Assembly (NCBI GenBank): GCA_951406725.2 | Contig: OX597820.1 | Span: forward strand, 44,454,001-44,518,000 | Source: Octopus vulgaris | Lineage: Eukaryota | Length of the DNA stretch: 64,000 bases | Direction: 5' to 3' | Shown here: positions 1-12,762 of the stretch, in pieces | How positions within the stretch are numbered: the first letter of the stretch is position 1 | Layout: each line of letters opens with the position of its first letter | Program-made: the position numbers and the translations under genes | Notes under the pieces: model-generated | The model's input: only the letters and a program-made list of their open reading frames with translations | Databases searched by the model: none | What the model was told of the DNA's origin: nothing

Positions 1-67
1 ACCTCGATATTATGTAAATAGAGTAATTTATCTGTAATATAATATGTGACAATTATTCGGTCGCCAT

Positions 68-128
68 AATAAGACTCCGAGTTTCGGATGTCGGGGCGGA
101 AATCTGCTCCGGCATCTCTTCAGTTATC
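68..128 (-). ncRNA. Type I hammerhead ribozyme motif (inverted copy)
   Basis: Exact reverse complement of 620-680. Confidence 0.7.
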
Positions 129-619
129 GAGGCAATCAAAATATGCTATGAAAAAGACCGATAAACAAAAGGAAATTACAATGTAATTGACCGTTATTAA
201 GACAAAAGAGCTATTAGAATGACCGTTAAATAAGGGGGAAAAGCCGAAGGGGAGGAAGTAAAGAGTAAAGAAGTAAAAAATGCTCATAGCAATCGCGTAT
301 CGCGCATGTACATACATACACATGCGCGCTCGCACACCCACGTACGTTTGCCTATATGCATATGCTCACTAACACTCGCATGAAATACATACATGCGCAC
401 CTATACAAACGCCGATAGCTGCACATATTTATGCAACCATGCATGTACATGTATACATATCCGCACGATTGCTGTGATCATTTTTACTTCTTTACTTTTT
501 ACTTCCTCCCCTTCGGTTTTTTTCCCATATTTAACGGTCATTACATAGTAATAACGTTCAATTACATAGTAATTTCCCTCTGTTTAACGGTCATTTTTAT
601 AGCATATTTTGATTGCCTC

Positions 620-680
620 GATAACTGAAGAGATGCCGGAGCAGATTTCCGCCCCGACATCCGAAACTCGGAGTCTTATT
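620..680 (+). ncRNA. Type I hammerhead ribozyme motif
   Basis: Stem I GAUAA(620-624)/UUAUU(676-680); core CUGAAGA(625-631); stem II 632-661; GAAA(663-666); near-palindromic stem III ACUCGGAGU; cleavage triplet GUC(673-675). One extra C (662) precedes GAAA. Confidence 0.7.
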
Positions 681-742
681 ATGGTAACCGAATAATTGTC
701 ACATATTACATTACATATATGTGTGTGTGTGTATGTGTTCGA

Positions 743-941
743 AAAGAGTTCGTTTCTATGTTTTCGTTTTTATGCTTTTGTTTCTCATTGAGTTCAGCAT
801 TTTTTTTTTTTTGATGTCCTGTACCCATATATGTATGTATATGTATATATACATGCATATATGGGTACAGGACATAAAAAAAAACGCTGAACTCAATGAG
901 AAACAAAAGCATAAAAACGAAAACATAGAAACGAACTCTTT
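743..941. repeat. ~200 bp near-perfect palindrome
   Basis: aaagagttcgtttctatg...gtcctgtacccatatatg / catatatgggtacaggac...catagaaacgaactcttt around a (TA/TG)-rich centre. Confidence 0.9.
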
Positions 942-1011
942 GTAGGTATGTACATATATGTATGTATATATGCATATATTTATATTACATATATAAATAC
1001 ACATACATACA

Positions 1012-1043
<32 letters not shown>

Positions 1044-1160
1044 AGAGAGATGACCACTAAGTGGACATTCATTATGCTAGAAGTCGATCCCCTATGGTCT
1101 TACCACTAAGAAAGGAATGATCTCAAGAAAATTTAGCATATATATATATATATATATATA

Positions 1161-1330
1161 TACGATGGGCTTCTTTCAGTTTCCGTCTACCAAATCCACT
1201 CACAAGCCTTTTTGGACGGCCAGATGTCATAGCAGAAGACACTTCCTCAAGGTGCCGCACATTGGTACTAAACACTCGGAACCATGTAAATGGGAAGCAA
1301 ATGTCCAACCACACAGCCACGCCTACGCCT
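1161..1330 (-). mobile_element. tRNA-headed SINE family A, 5' half, diverged
   Basis: Homologous to 1750-1912 (gggcttctttcagtttccgtctaccaaatccactcacaag...ccacacagccac). Confidence 0.8.
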
Positions 1331-1496
1331 ACGAGTGTGTGTACGCGTGCGCGCGCATGTGTGTGTGTCTTTATCTTTACCTTTCGGTTCGTTGAACGCG
1401 CAGATGCATTCTTCCGCTCTTCGTTGTTAGCATTTAATCAAAATTCTTTCTTTTTTTTACCTGTAATATAATAAAATAGTACATTGTACTATTTTC

Positions 1497-1912
1497 TCTT
1501 TTACTCTTTTACTTGTTTCAGTCATTTGACTGCGGCCATGCTGGAGCACCGCCTTTAATCGAGCAACTCGACCCCGGGACTTATTCTTTGTAAGCCTAGT
1601 ACTTATTCTATCGGTCTCTTTTGCCGAACCGCTAAGTGTCGGGGACATAAACACACCAGCATCGGTTGTCAAGCAATGATAGGGGGACAAACACAGACAC
1701 ACAAACATACATGCACACATATATATATATATATATATATACATATATATGACGGGCTTCTTTCAGTTTCCGTCTACCAAATCCACTCACAAGGCTTTGG
1801 TCGGCCCGAGGCTATAGTAAAAGACACTTACCCAAGGTGCCCCGCAGTGGGACTGAACCGGAACCATGTGGTTGATATACAAGCTACTTACCACACAGCC
1901 ACTCCTGCGCCT
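1497..1912 (-). mobile_element. tRNA-headed SINE family A (CORE-like ACCTTGGGYAAGT segment, internal microsatellite), near full length
   Basis: On the minus strand: A-box-like TGGCTGTGTGG, B-box-like GGTTCAGTCCC, internal (TA)n/(TG)n, tail ending tgactgaaacaagtaaaagag. Several homologous copies in the window. Confidence 0.85.
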
Positions 1913-2068
1913 ATAGCCACTCCTGCGCCTATTATATTAATTTTTTTTTATTTTGTCTTGTTTCGCTTTATTTTCATTGTAGTTTACTACTGTTTTATTT
2001 CATGAGGAATTTTTTTTAAATTTTACTTTAAGGAGCTCTACGTCTATATTCATATATATTAAATAGAC

Positions 2069-2736
2069 CAGTAGTTCTCAATAGGATTCCATATGGCCCC
2101 TGAGGGTCCATATAAGATTTGGGGGATCCACTTAACATAATAGTAAATTAGGGATCCATTATAGTATTTTAAGGGTAACCTGAAAAAAATGTTGCTTTAG
2201 ATGTACGTATTGCTATGTATTGCAGGAAACAAATGGGTTTCTTTCGTTTGTCCAACCTACACAAGTTAATGTCACCGTCACGTCACCGTGACCGACCAGG
2301 CTATCAGATGTTGCTACACATCGCTGGTCACAATGCGCTTCGCATTGTTTTAGCCTTCAAATGACGCCACCCCGCTGGCTAAAAGCGAGCAGGCCAACAG
2401 AAGAAAGAGTGAGAGAAAGTTGTGGAGAAAGAGTACAACAGGGACCGCCACCACCCCCTGCCAGAGCCTCGTAGAGCTTTAGGTGTTTTCGGTAAATAAA
2501 CACTCACAACGCCCGGTCTGGGAATCGAAACAGCAATCATACAACCACGAGTCCGCTGCCCTAACCACTGGGTCATTGCGCTTCCGCACAAGTTAATGTA
2601 TAAAAATCAAAATAAGAATTTTGAAAGAAGTTTGTATAAAACCAGTTTTATAGAACTATAAAAACTATGAGGGTCCACCAGAAAAAGAAATAATCAAAGG
2701 GGTCCATAGGGGGAAAATGTTGAGTCTATACCCCTG
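2069..2736. mobile_element. hAT (Charlie-like) MITE interrupted by a SINE
   Basis: Ends CAGTAGTTCTCAA ... TTGAG(tctat)ACCCCTG. Flanking 8-mers aaaTAgac / gtaTAgac (6/8 identical, central TA). Internal gggtcca subterminal repeats. Related end at 45765-45835. Confidence 0.7.
2273..2586 (-). mobile_element. tRNA-derived SINE family B, full length
   Basis: 13 bp TSD cacaagttaatgt (2260-2272, 2587-2599). tRNA-like head with A/B boxes. Homologous to 62893-63183. Confidence 0.9.
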
Positions 2737-3273
2737 GTATAGACTCAACGACATTATTTATCTGTTTTTGTGTATCGCCTGCACTGAATCAATTGCCTAA
2801 CTACTTTATCCAGTGGCTTGTTGACACCACTATCATATCAGCTCTGTGTGTGTATATGTATGTGTCTGTGTGTTAGATGCATGTACATCACTCGACACGT
2901 CTTCATTCGTGTGAGCTAAGCTTTTGTTTTTGTTTTGTTTTTTCGCTGAGAATGCTCTATTATAAATTAAAAAGTAGTTGAAGCTTTGATAAAAAAAAAA
3001 TGTGTGTGAAAGAAATATGACAGAAAGGACTAAAAGTCAATATGTTGACATAAGGTCAATGTCAGAATGTTAAATTTCCGGAACATTATATTGCTGCAAC
3101 GCGTCGACTGGAACAATGAAACAGAATATCATTGCATTGTAGTTAGTTGGTCGATGATACGAGGGCTACGGAGTGCCGATACAAAGCTGACGGAATGAAA
3201 CACACAGGAATGGAACGAACACTTATATCTAAATGGATAGATATATAGATAGATATATAGATAGATAGGTAGA

Positions 3274-3333
<60 letters not shown>

Positions 3334-3338
3334 TAGAT

Positions 3339-4659
3339 ATGTTTCTTTATTAGCCACACAGGGCTGCACACAGATAGAACAAATTACAAGGTAGAGCTTT
3401 TCTTTTGAAGGTTTAAAAAAAAAAAAAAAATAAAAAAAATAAAATAATAAAATAAAAAATAAAATAAAATAAAAAGGGGGGTCGATCAAAAGGGATCGTA
3501 AAAGGAGAGAAAGAGGACAAAAAAAGGGGGGGTTAAAAAAAATGGGGGAGAGAAAAAAAAATTGATCAATAGGGATCGTTATCACAGAAATGTCAATATG
3601 AAGTGTAAAGGGGAGGACAGGTGAGGTTTACCCGTGGAAAGAAAAGCCTACGGAAAAGACCACGGTAATCTCGGTCAATGAAGTCACATGTTATATTTCT
3701 TTTTTTTTTTTTTTTTTGCAAATAAGCAACTCTCTGTATTAATTTTTACGGTTCATAGAATCATAGTCAAGGTGGCTTCGTCATTCATACGTGCCATCCT
3801 TGCTACATTCACCCATCTTTTTTTAAAACATTCACTAGACAAAACTTGCCTCTCTACTCTCACTTTTTCTTCAAGTGATACTTGAAGAAGTTGATGAGAG
3901 ATTGACCAGAGAGGAAAGTGTTTGTCTCTAATCCTCTCAGACGCGTCCACCAGATACATTCTTTCGCCATAGCCACAAGTATGATAAAAATAGCTCTTCC
4001 TTCCCGTTTGAAGGAAGGAGGCGTGACGATATTAACGATAGACTCGGCTGATAAACCGACACGTCCCACACGTGACAGCAGTCGTTCGACATAAGCCCAC
4101 AGGTGGGAAATTGCTGGACACTGCACGATCGCGTGCAGAGCGGTTTCGTCGCTCTGCCCGCATCTCGGGCAGGTCGGCCCCGTGTTTCTCGAGCCATGCC
4201 TATAGAGCTTATCCCGAACGGGTAGCGCTTCTCGGTAGCACCGCCAGGCCAGGGATCTCTGGAAGTTGTCCATAGGTCCCGGGCCGAAAGTCGTTTGAAA
4301 CAGGCGGGTCAGGTATTCCTCGTCGACGCCCAGGTTTGCCCCGAGCTCGTCGTCGTACCTCCCCTCCACTAATCCCCTATAGAATGCTTTGGTTGTGTTG
4401 AAGTCACTCAAGGTCGACCCGGGACGGCAGAGTTGCTTGAGAGCAACGCGACACTCGCGGTGCCAATCGCCCTTCTTCGGCCTCTTTTTGATCCACGACT
4501 GTAGTTCGGTCATGGAGACGAGTTGCGGGAATGCGTGCCTCACAAACGGCGACCACACCTGTTCACCGTCGTCTACATAGAGCCGGAGATGTCGCAGTCT
4601 CAGCGCGTGTCTGCGCATCATCAACCACGGCATGCCCAGCCCTCCTTTTAACGGGTGTT
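3339..4659 (-). mobile_element. 5'-truncated Tx1/L1-clade LINE: ORF2 C-terminus (zf-RVT) plus 3' UTR, within (GATA)n
   Basis: Open frame [11 protein letters not shown]...[14 protein letters not shown]...[18 protein letters not shown] (CCHC knuckle). 3' end AATAAAgaaaca runs into (TATC)n. (GATA)n lies on both flanks. Confidence 0.9.
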
Positions 4660-5216
<557 letters not shown>

Positions 5217-5643
5217 GCATCATGTATCAGTTCAGTAACATCCAGTAAATAGTGGTCAACGGATTGTTAGCATCTAGCATATCTACAGCTTGTATAGAAT
5301 AATCGAAGGAAAAAAATAATCGATTAAATTTCATTAATCAATATATTAGATACACTCTGTCTCAATATCAATATTAATAGAGTAATCCCGAGTATGCGAT
5401 AAGTAAATATGACAGGAAACAATAGATTCATACAGTTAAGCACTGCGCATTTTCCCAAAGTACATAAAAATTTTAATTATGAAGGTGAAATTACACATAA
5501 ATTATAAAAACAAAATCTTTTCTTCAGGTGTGAACTGCGATGTATCAAGACTTATACTCCAATGATTATTATCAAACCATAACCATAAATACACACACAC
5601 ACACGCAAATACATACATATATATGTGTATGTGTGTATATATG

Positions 5644-5727
<84 letters not shown>

Positions 5728-5734
5728 TGTTTGT

Positions 5735-6112
5735 GTGTGTGGTAAGTAGCATGGTTAGAGTAGAAGACACTTGCCCAAGGTTCGACTGCGTGGAACCATG
5801 GGCAAGTGTCTTCTACTATAGCCATGGGCCGACCAAAGCCTTGTGAGTGGATTTGATAGAAGGAAACTGAAAGAAGCCCATCGTGTATATGTGTGTGTGT
5901 GTCTGGGTGTGTCCGTGTTTGTCCCCCACAATTGCTTGAGAACCGATGTTGGTGTGTTTACGTCCCCGAAACCTAGCAGTTCAGCAAAAGATACCGATAG
6001 AATAAGTACTAGGCTTATAAAGAATAAGTCCCGGGGTCGATTTGTTCGACTAAAGGCGGTGCTCCAGCATGGCCGCAGTCAATGACTGGAACAAATAAAG
6101 GAAAAAAGAATA
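5735..6112 (+). mobile_element. SINE family A copy with rearranged (hairpin) head
   Basis: Body and tail match the reverse complement of 1497-1912. Head replaced by an inverted repeat at 5750-5826. Confidence 0.85.
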
Positions 6113-6191
6113 AATGAATACATATATATTATATAAAAAAGGCAGAAAATGTAGAAATATCGATGACCAACAATTGTCTTACTCAGCTAAG

Positions 6192-6265
<74 letters not shown>

Positions 6266-6369
6266 TATAAACATATATATGCGCATATGTATGTATGTAT
6301 ATATGTATGTATGTATGTACGTATGTATGTATGTATGTATGTATGTATGTATGTATGTATGTATGTATA

Positions 6370-6509
6370 CCTTTTACCTTTTATTTGTTTCATTCATTTG
6401 ACTTCAGCCATGCAGGGGTACCGCTTTGAATGGTTTTTCTCGAAAGAATCGCACCTAGGACTTATTTTTTAAGCATAGTATTTATTCTATCGATCCCCTA
6501 TTGCTCAGG

Positions 6510-6566
<57 letters not shown>

Positions 6567-6742
6567 CACACACACATACAGCATGCTTCTTTCAATTTCT
6601 GTCCGTCAAATCAGCTCACAATCCTTTGGTCGGCCTGAGATTAAAGTAGAAAACACTTGCCCAAGGTGCCCAGAAATGTAATTGAACCCGGAACCATGTG
6701 GTTAGGAAGCAAACTTCTTACCTCACAGCTACGCCTGTACCT
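6370..6742 (-). mobile_element. SINE family A, diverged, internally deleted
   Basis: Tail, (TA)n and head segments homologous to 1497-1912. Confidence 0.75.
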
Positions 6743-6923
6743 ATATACATAGATATATGTATGAATGTATGTATGTATATATTTTCTCATTCATAAAGTG
6801 TTTTTTTAATACCTATGTTTCAATGATAAACTAATGTACTTAGTTTTCACTGAACGCTGGTATATACAGGAGAACTAGAATGCGCGCATCCCTTAAGGGA
6901 ATTTAGTTCCTTGTCTTAATAAA

Positions 6924-6989
<66 letters not shown>

Positions 6990-7039
6990 GTGCGTGTGTG
7001 TTTGCGCGCGCTGTGTGTGTGTGTGTGTAATGTAAACCT

Positions 7040-7720
7040 GTCTATATGTCTGTTCAGCAATCTTACCTCACCAAATATGAAATATATTGGACATCAATTA
7101 CACTCTTGTCGTTATGCAAGAACTACACGTTGTTCAGCGCTAACGACTTTAAAGGGCGTAAAAATCAGCATATTTACTAGATTCATTGAAAATGCAACTT
7201 CCCTCTCTCGCTATATCTGGAAGATCGAAAAATAAAAGACATTCTCAACCGCCAATAATTTGGAGTATTGTCGAGAGAAAAACTGCAAATTCCAACGAGG
7301 TGCGCAGTTGTAGACTTTGCCTATCTCAAAAAGGTTCCGTTAATGAAACAGCACGCGATAATCTTGGTTAGATAATCTGAGGAGTTATCTAACTTCCACC
7401 ATATAAAGACATTTCTGTCAGAGAATTTTCAACTGGCTGCACATACCCAGCCAAGCGTAGCAAATACAAATTTCCGACAATCAGCCACGCGAAATAACCT
7501 CGCTCATCGTTGACGATGCACCTTGGCCGAGTAGTCTTCCTTACACTTTAGCGAGGCCAAAGCATCTTTGGTCTCATGACCTACCATGACCATTAACAAC
7601 CGACCTTATAAAGAATCAATACAGAACAGCTTCACAGAGATTTGCAGATGAACCGACATTCATGATAGCCACCTGACAAATTACATATGAACGCAAAATC
7701 TTAATTAATACAGAAATGAC
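7040..7720 (+). mobile_element. Degraded Penelope-like element, GIY-YIG endonuclease C-terminal region and 3' part
   Basis: Frameshifted translation ATSLSRYIWKIEK / IIWSIVERK...CRLCLSQK resembles the PLE EN C-terminal pattern T.LSK.IW.LK...I.WSI...C.LC..EK. Confidence 0.65.
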
Positions 7721-7871
7721 TCATTGACTATGTGTATATGTATATATATAAAGGTTGCTTTATAATTATAAAATCATAAAAACTGGACATTTACTGTAAA
7801 AAAATTAATACAAGCGTAGAGTTAATTTTATAAATTAACTATCTATCTCTCTATCTATGTGTGCGTATGTG

Positions 7872-7926
<55 letters not shown>

Positions 7927-8983
7927 CATATGTATAATATATATATATGCACCCACACATACACACACACATGTATATATATAAAGTATATATATATGTA
8001 TATATGTATGTAGTCATATATATGTACATACGCACATATACATAAATATATATATTTAAATTAATATATATATATATATATATATACATGCATTGTGTGT
8101 GTGTGTCTGTATGTACGTATGTATGCAAAAAAATGCGTCACCATATTTGTGTATCCATTACATAGATATCTACATATCATTAAACACCCCATAAACACAT
8201 ACACATCCCGACATGGACATTTACGCACAAAATTTCACATACTCACATTACACCGCATAGGTATATATACACAGGCTACTATAAAAGATAGTTTATATTA
8301 TCATAAGAAAAAATGCAAGATTTTTGTAATGTTTAATCCATCAATTTTGTTCGGTTTTTCTTTTCTTTTCTTTTCTTTTCTTTTTGTGTGTTTTTTTTTT
8401 TTTTTTGCTGTTTTCTTCCCCACTTCCTCTCGCTTCTTCCCTATTGTATTTCACATAAACCTAATTTCTGTGATGTCCACGTGTGTGGATTTAGAGTTAT
8501 ATTCGTTAAAGATGTACGTGCATACACAAATGCATACGCACAAACGCACACACCTATACATGCATATATATATATATATACGTTGATACATTTATATACA
8601 GACTTTGTGTGTGTTTGTGTGTGTGTGTATCTGTGTAGGAGGGGTGTCTGTTTAGGGGGTGCGCTATGTATGTGCATATATGTGTGTATGCCTGTTTGTG
8701 TGTGTGTAAATATATGTATGTACAGGTATGTTGATGCAAACAGGAAAAGTAGAACTCAAAATATCTGAATATATATATATTTTCATTAATATTTAGCAGA
8801 ACAAAGTAACTCCGGATCCGAGAGTTTCGTGCCTTGACACTTACTTATCAAAGTGTGATATGTGCGAACGCCCGAAACTCTCGGGCCTTTATTTACTTTT
8901 ACTTCCGCTAAATATTAACAAAAATACGTATATATGTACCTATATATGCATGTGTATATGTACATATATATATTTATATGCAC

Positions 8984-9056
<73 letters not shown>

Positions 9057-9057
<1 letters not shown>

Positions 9058-9300
9058 CGGGAAGCTTTATGAAAATAAACAAAAGACGAAGGCAAGTGGA
9101 GTACAAACAAACAATTGTATTAGTATGGCGCTCAGGAATATAAATAAAACAAGTCTTTTACGTTTCGAGCCTACGCTCTTCAACAGAAAGATACACAGAA
9201 AAGAAACACGGAGAGAAACAAGGAGAGAAAAAAATGCGTGCAGAAGCTAGCGATTCAACATGGCGATCTGATTCCGGCCAGAAGTCAGAGATCAGGCGTG
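9057..9300 (-). mobile_element. Probable PLE pLTR fragment with degenerate minimal hammerhead-like motif (9155-9190)
   Basis: Minus strand reads ctttctgTTGAAGAgcgtaggctcGAAAcGTAaaag; the core C3 is replaced by U. Confidence 0.45.
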
Positions 9301-9696
9301 AGACGCAAGAGCGAAAGTATGGGAGATAACAGGGTTAAATGACTTCGCCCCAACATAAGGGTGCGTGTGTGTATGAGAGAGTATGTAGTGCGTATGAAAG
9401 GTCTGGACGTGTGTATGTATGTATGATGTGATGTGTAACGTCGTATGGTGTAGTGTAGAGAGAGGAGATGAGGGGGAGGGGGAGATGAGGAGGAGAAGAA
9501 GAGGGGGAAGAGGGGGAGAAGGAAAGAGGAAAAGAGAAGAGGAGGGAGGAGGGAGAGGGGGAGAAGGAAAGAAGGAGGGGGATGAAGGTGAGATGAGATG
9601 AGGGGAGAGGGTGAGAGGGGGGAAGAAGGAAAGAGGAGAACAGGAGGGAGGAGGGAGGAGGAGGGGATACATATATGCATATATATATATTTTATA

Positions 9697-10188
9697 TACA
9701 GGAGGTAATGGATAAAATGTCGCCATTTTATATTCTAAATATCGCGCATGCGCATTGTTTGTTTTTGATTTTGTCGACCACACAGAATAGTAGGATCAGC
9801 TGGGCACCGTCTGTGAGAAAAACATCACCATAATGCTATTCACTCAGCCAGAAATTTGGAAATGACATGCTGTACTGCTTAGCAGCCGGAAGATCCAATA
9901 CAAACATGTACCGAGAGTGAGAAAAATCAAACTTCCAGTCAACATCATGGTGTTAGAAGTGATTACTGGTGATGGTGACGTTATGCCTCTATTCATTTTC
10001 CCACGCGGCCTCAGACTCAACACAGAGGCCAACATCAAGTGCCTGAAGAAGATAGTGCTGCCTCGAGTCAAGAGAGGGTGGCTGCTGGAAGATGGCTGCC
10101 AACAGGACTCTGCACCATGCCACACAAGCAGGAGAACCCAGTGATGACTGTCAGAGAATTTCTGCGACCACATTATCCCTAATATCTC
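9697..10188 (+). mobile_element. Tc1/mariner (maT/DD37D-like) transposon remnant
   Basis: TA-CAGG.. terminus. Transposase fragment NIMVLEVITGDGDVMPLFIFPRGLRLN...QQDSAPCHTSRRTQ* contains the second catalytic D motif, then an in-frame stop. Confidence 0.8.
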
Positions 10189-10409
10189 CTGTACTTGTCT
10201 AGCGTCTCGGGTTTGACTCGGGCACTTCCATGCTTTCTATGCTTTTCTGGGGTGGGGTATACGAAGACGATTTGGGGCCCTGTGTATGTGTAAGGAAAAG
10301 TGAACTTATTATGGTAAATAGAATAATGTTCATTTCGAAAATTGTAAAAACGTAAATCTCCTGTTGAGTTTCAGTTTCATCTTATAATTCTACAGACTGA
10401 TTAAACATA

Positions 10410-10606
10410 TAGGTTCCGAATTTTGGCACAAGGCCTGCAGGTTCGGAGAACGGGACTAAGTTGATTACATCGACCCCTATACTCTGTTGGTACTTATTTT
10501 ATCGACTTCGAAAGGAGGAAAGGCGAAGTCGACCCCAGCATCATTTGAACTCAGAACGTGAAGACGAATGAAATACCGGCGTACGAACTGTTCCGTCAGC
10601 TCGCTA
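10410..10606 (-). mobile_element. SINE family C (Meta-domain-like), diverged
   Basis: ggtacttattttatcgac..gaaagga.gaaaggc.aagtcgacc...tttgaactcagaacgt shared with ~10 other copies. Confidence 0.8.
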
Positions 10607-11479
10607 CTCTCTGATTCCGGCCAGGAATATTACGAGCATCAAGTTGTATTAATAAAAACAAAACAAAAAAATAAAGTTTTTACTAGTTTCTTTTTTTGTT
10701 TTTTGTTTTTCAAGTATTTACAATTAGCTATATTTATATGTACCTCTATTGTAACTCATGTGTTCACGCCTAAACTTAGCGATGTGTCTGGCCGTTTGCT
10801 ATATCAATTCGAATAGATTACGTATCATCCCAGCCTACCACCATCTACCGTTCATCCACTGCTCATTAACCGGCTTTTAATCGCGTTACTCGACTTCACC
10901 GTATTGTTTTTTGTCCAAACATATACCATAATACTGCCATATTACCAACGCTTGCATCACAAAAATCAAGGAAATCTATTGCTCCCACCATATCAACAAC
11001 CTATCACACACCCCTAGTAGTTTTGTAGTCCTTCAGTCCCACCTAATCCCTAGCTCCATCTATTTACAATCAACATCAACTGTATTCCTATTTCTTATAA
11101 ACATAGTTTGAAGGTAGCTTGACGATCACAAAATATTCACTTGATGTGAAGAATTGTAAGATGAAACTATACCAGTCACTGGACTATATTGATCTTTCTA
11201 ATTCTTCAAATATAAATGTGTGTGTGTATCTGTTTTTATTGTCCTTGTTTGTGTGTGTATGTGTGTATGTGTGTATGTACATGTGGGTTTGTGAGTGTGT
11301 GTGTGTGTGTACGTGTGTGTGCATGTACTCACGTCTGCGTTTAAGAATATCGAGCTACGTACCTGTATTCTCTAAATTCCAATATTACCAATATCCTTGT
11401 CTCTCATCTCTGTCAAGTCATAAATAACAAGTATTTGTATTACTGTTATGTGTATTTACTAGAGCCTTCTCAAATACGA

Positions 11480-12010
11480 TATTCTTAATGAGGCCTTACG
11501 TGGTCGCTCGTCCTGCTAGAAATAGCAACCAAATTTTTTTCTCAAATCTTACACGCAATCTTAAAAAGAAAAGATGGGTGGTTAATACATTAGACAACAC
11601 AGCCCTACATACATTAACTAAAATATTGAAGGGAAGTCCAAGGCAGGAATGCTTTTGATAAATAGCCCTGTTTTTTACGTTCACACCTCGAGTTGATCAT
11701 CAAACATTTAGCAATTCAAACGCGACATTAGTCCAAGTACTAAGTGCAAAAAAAAGCAACAAAATATAAGATTTAACAAAATGGCGACCTGACAAAACAG
11801 AATAGCCATTAAGCTGCAATACATGTCATCCGACATAGAAGTACTAGTAAAGAACAACAAAAAAAACACGCAGCAACAATAACTTCTTTTTTATCTTATC
11901 TCAGGGAGCTATGACAGAACTCTGTATGGTCGCACGATCTGATAGAAATAGCAGTAAAATCTCCCTCAAATTACAACCAACCGTTTTAAATAAGGAAGAT
12001 TTCACTGGGT
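11480..12010 (+). repeat. Two diverged fragments of an interspersed repeat (11480-11620, 11915-12010)
   Basis: Shared tggtcgc.cg..ctg.tagaaatagca..aaa...ctcaaat motif. Confidence 0.55.
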
Positions 12011-12306
12011 TATCGAGTACTGGATGGGACGCCTTTACTAATACGTCTGTTGAATGAGAGATAGCCTGGGATAAACAACATGAACAACAAGAAAATGGTG
12101 GCATGAAATTGGAAGTCAACAAAACAGCAGAGTTAGAGAGTAACAACACAATGGTAACATTGCGGGTAAAATAGCAACGAAGCTGCTAAAATAGCAAGAG
12201 AATATAAAGCAACGAAATATTACCTGATGAAAATGACCACACAATAGCAACAAAATATATGCTTGAAATTACGCTATATAAAAAATAATGGTGAAAATAA
12301 CAACGT

Positions 12307-12762
12307 ATTAGCAACATAACATAAACTACAATGAATTATCAACATAGAAACAGACTAGCAACAAAATAGTATCTTGGCAACTATATGACGATATGATAAA
12401 ATTGCTGAGCAATAACCATAGCAACGCAATAAGAATGTAACGACAAAATACCTTGCGAAATATCGACTTAACAAGGAAGTACCTAAGCGACGTCAACAAC
12501 AAAAAGGACAATGAATTAGCAACATAACATAAACTACAATGAATTAGCAACATAACATAAACTATAATGAATTATCTACATAGAAACAGGCTAGCAACAA
12601 AATAGTATCTTGGCAACTATATGACGATAGGACAAAGTTGCTAAGCAATAACCATAGCAACGCAATAAGAATGTAACGACAAAATACCTTGCGAAATATC
12701 AACTTAACAAGGAAGTACCTGAGCGACGTCAACAACAAAAAGGACAATGAATTAGCAACATA
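12307..12762 (+). repeat. Tandem duplication 208 bp + 28 bp + 208 bp within an AAC-rich low-complexity tract
   Basis: attagcaacataa recurs at 12307, 12515, 12543 and 12751. Paralogous ORFs 12326..12553 and 12562..12780. Confidence 0.9.

Larger units (their letters stand above)
33..715. mobile_element. Fold-back element with ~260 bp inverted arms (33-~297 / ~463-715), likely Penelope-like element inverted pLTRs
   Basis: Arms are reverse complements by eye; the 68-128 / 620-680 core is an exact match. The minus ORF 120..341 and plus ORF 431..628 both end ...FIAYFDCLDN. Each arm carries a hammerhead motif, as PLE pLTRs do. Confidence 0.75.
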
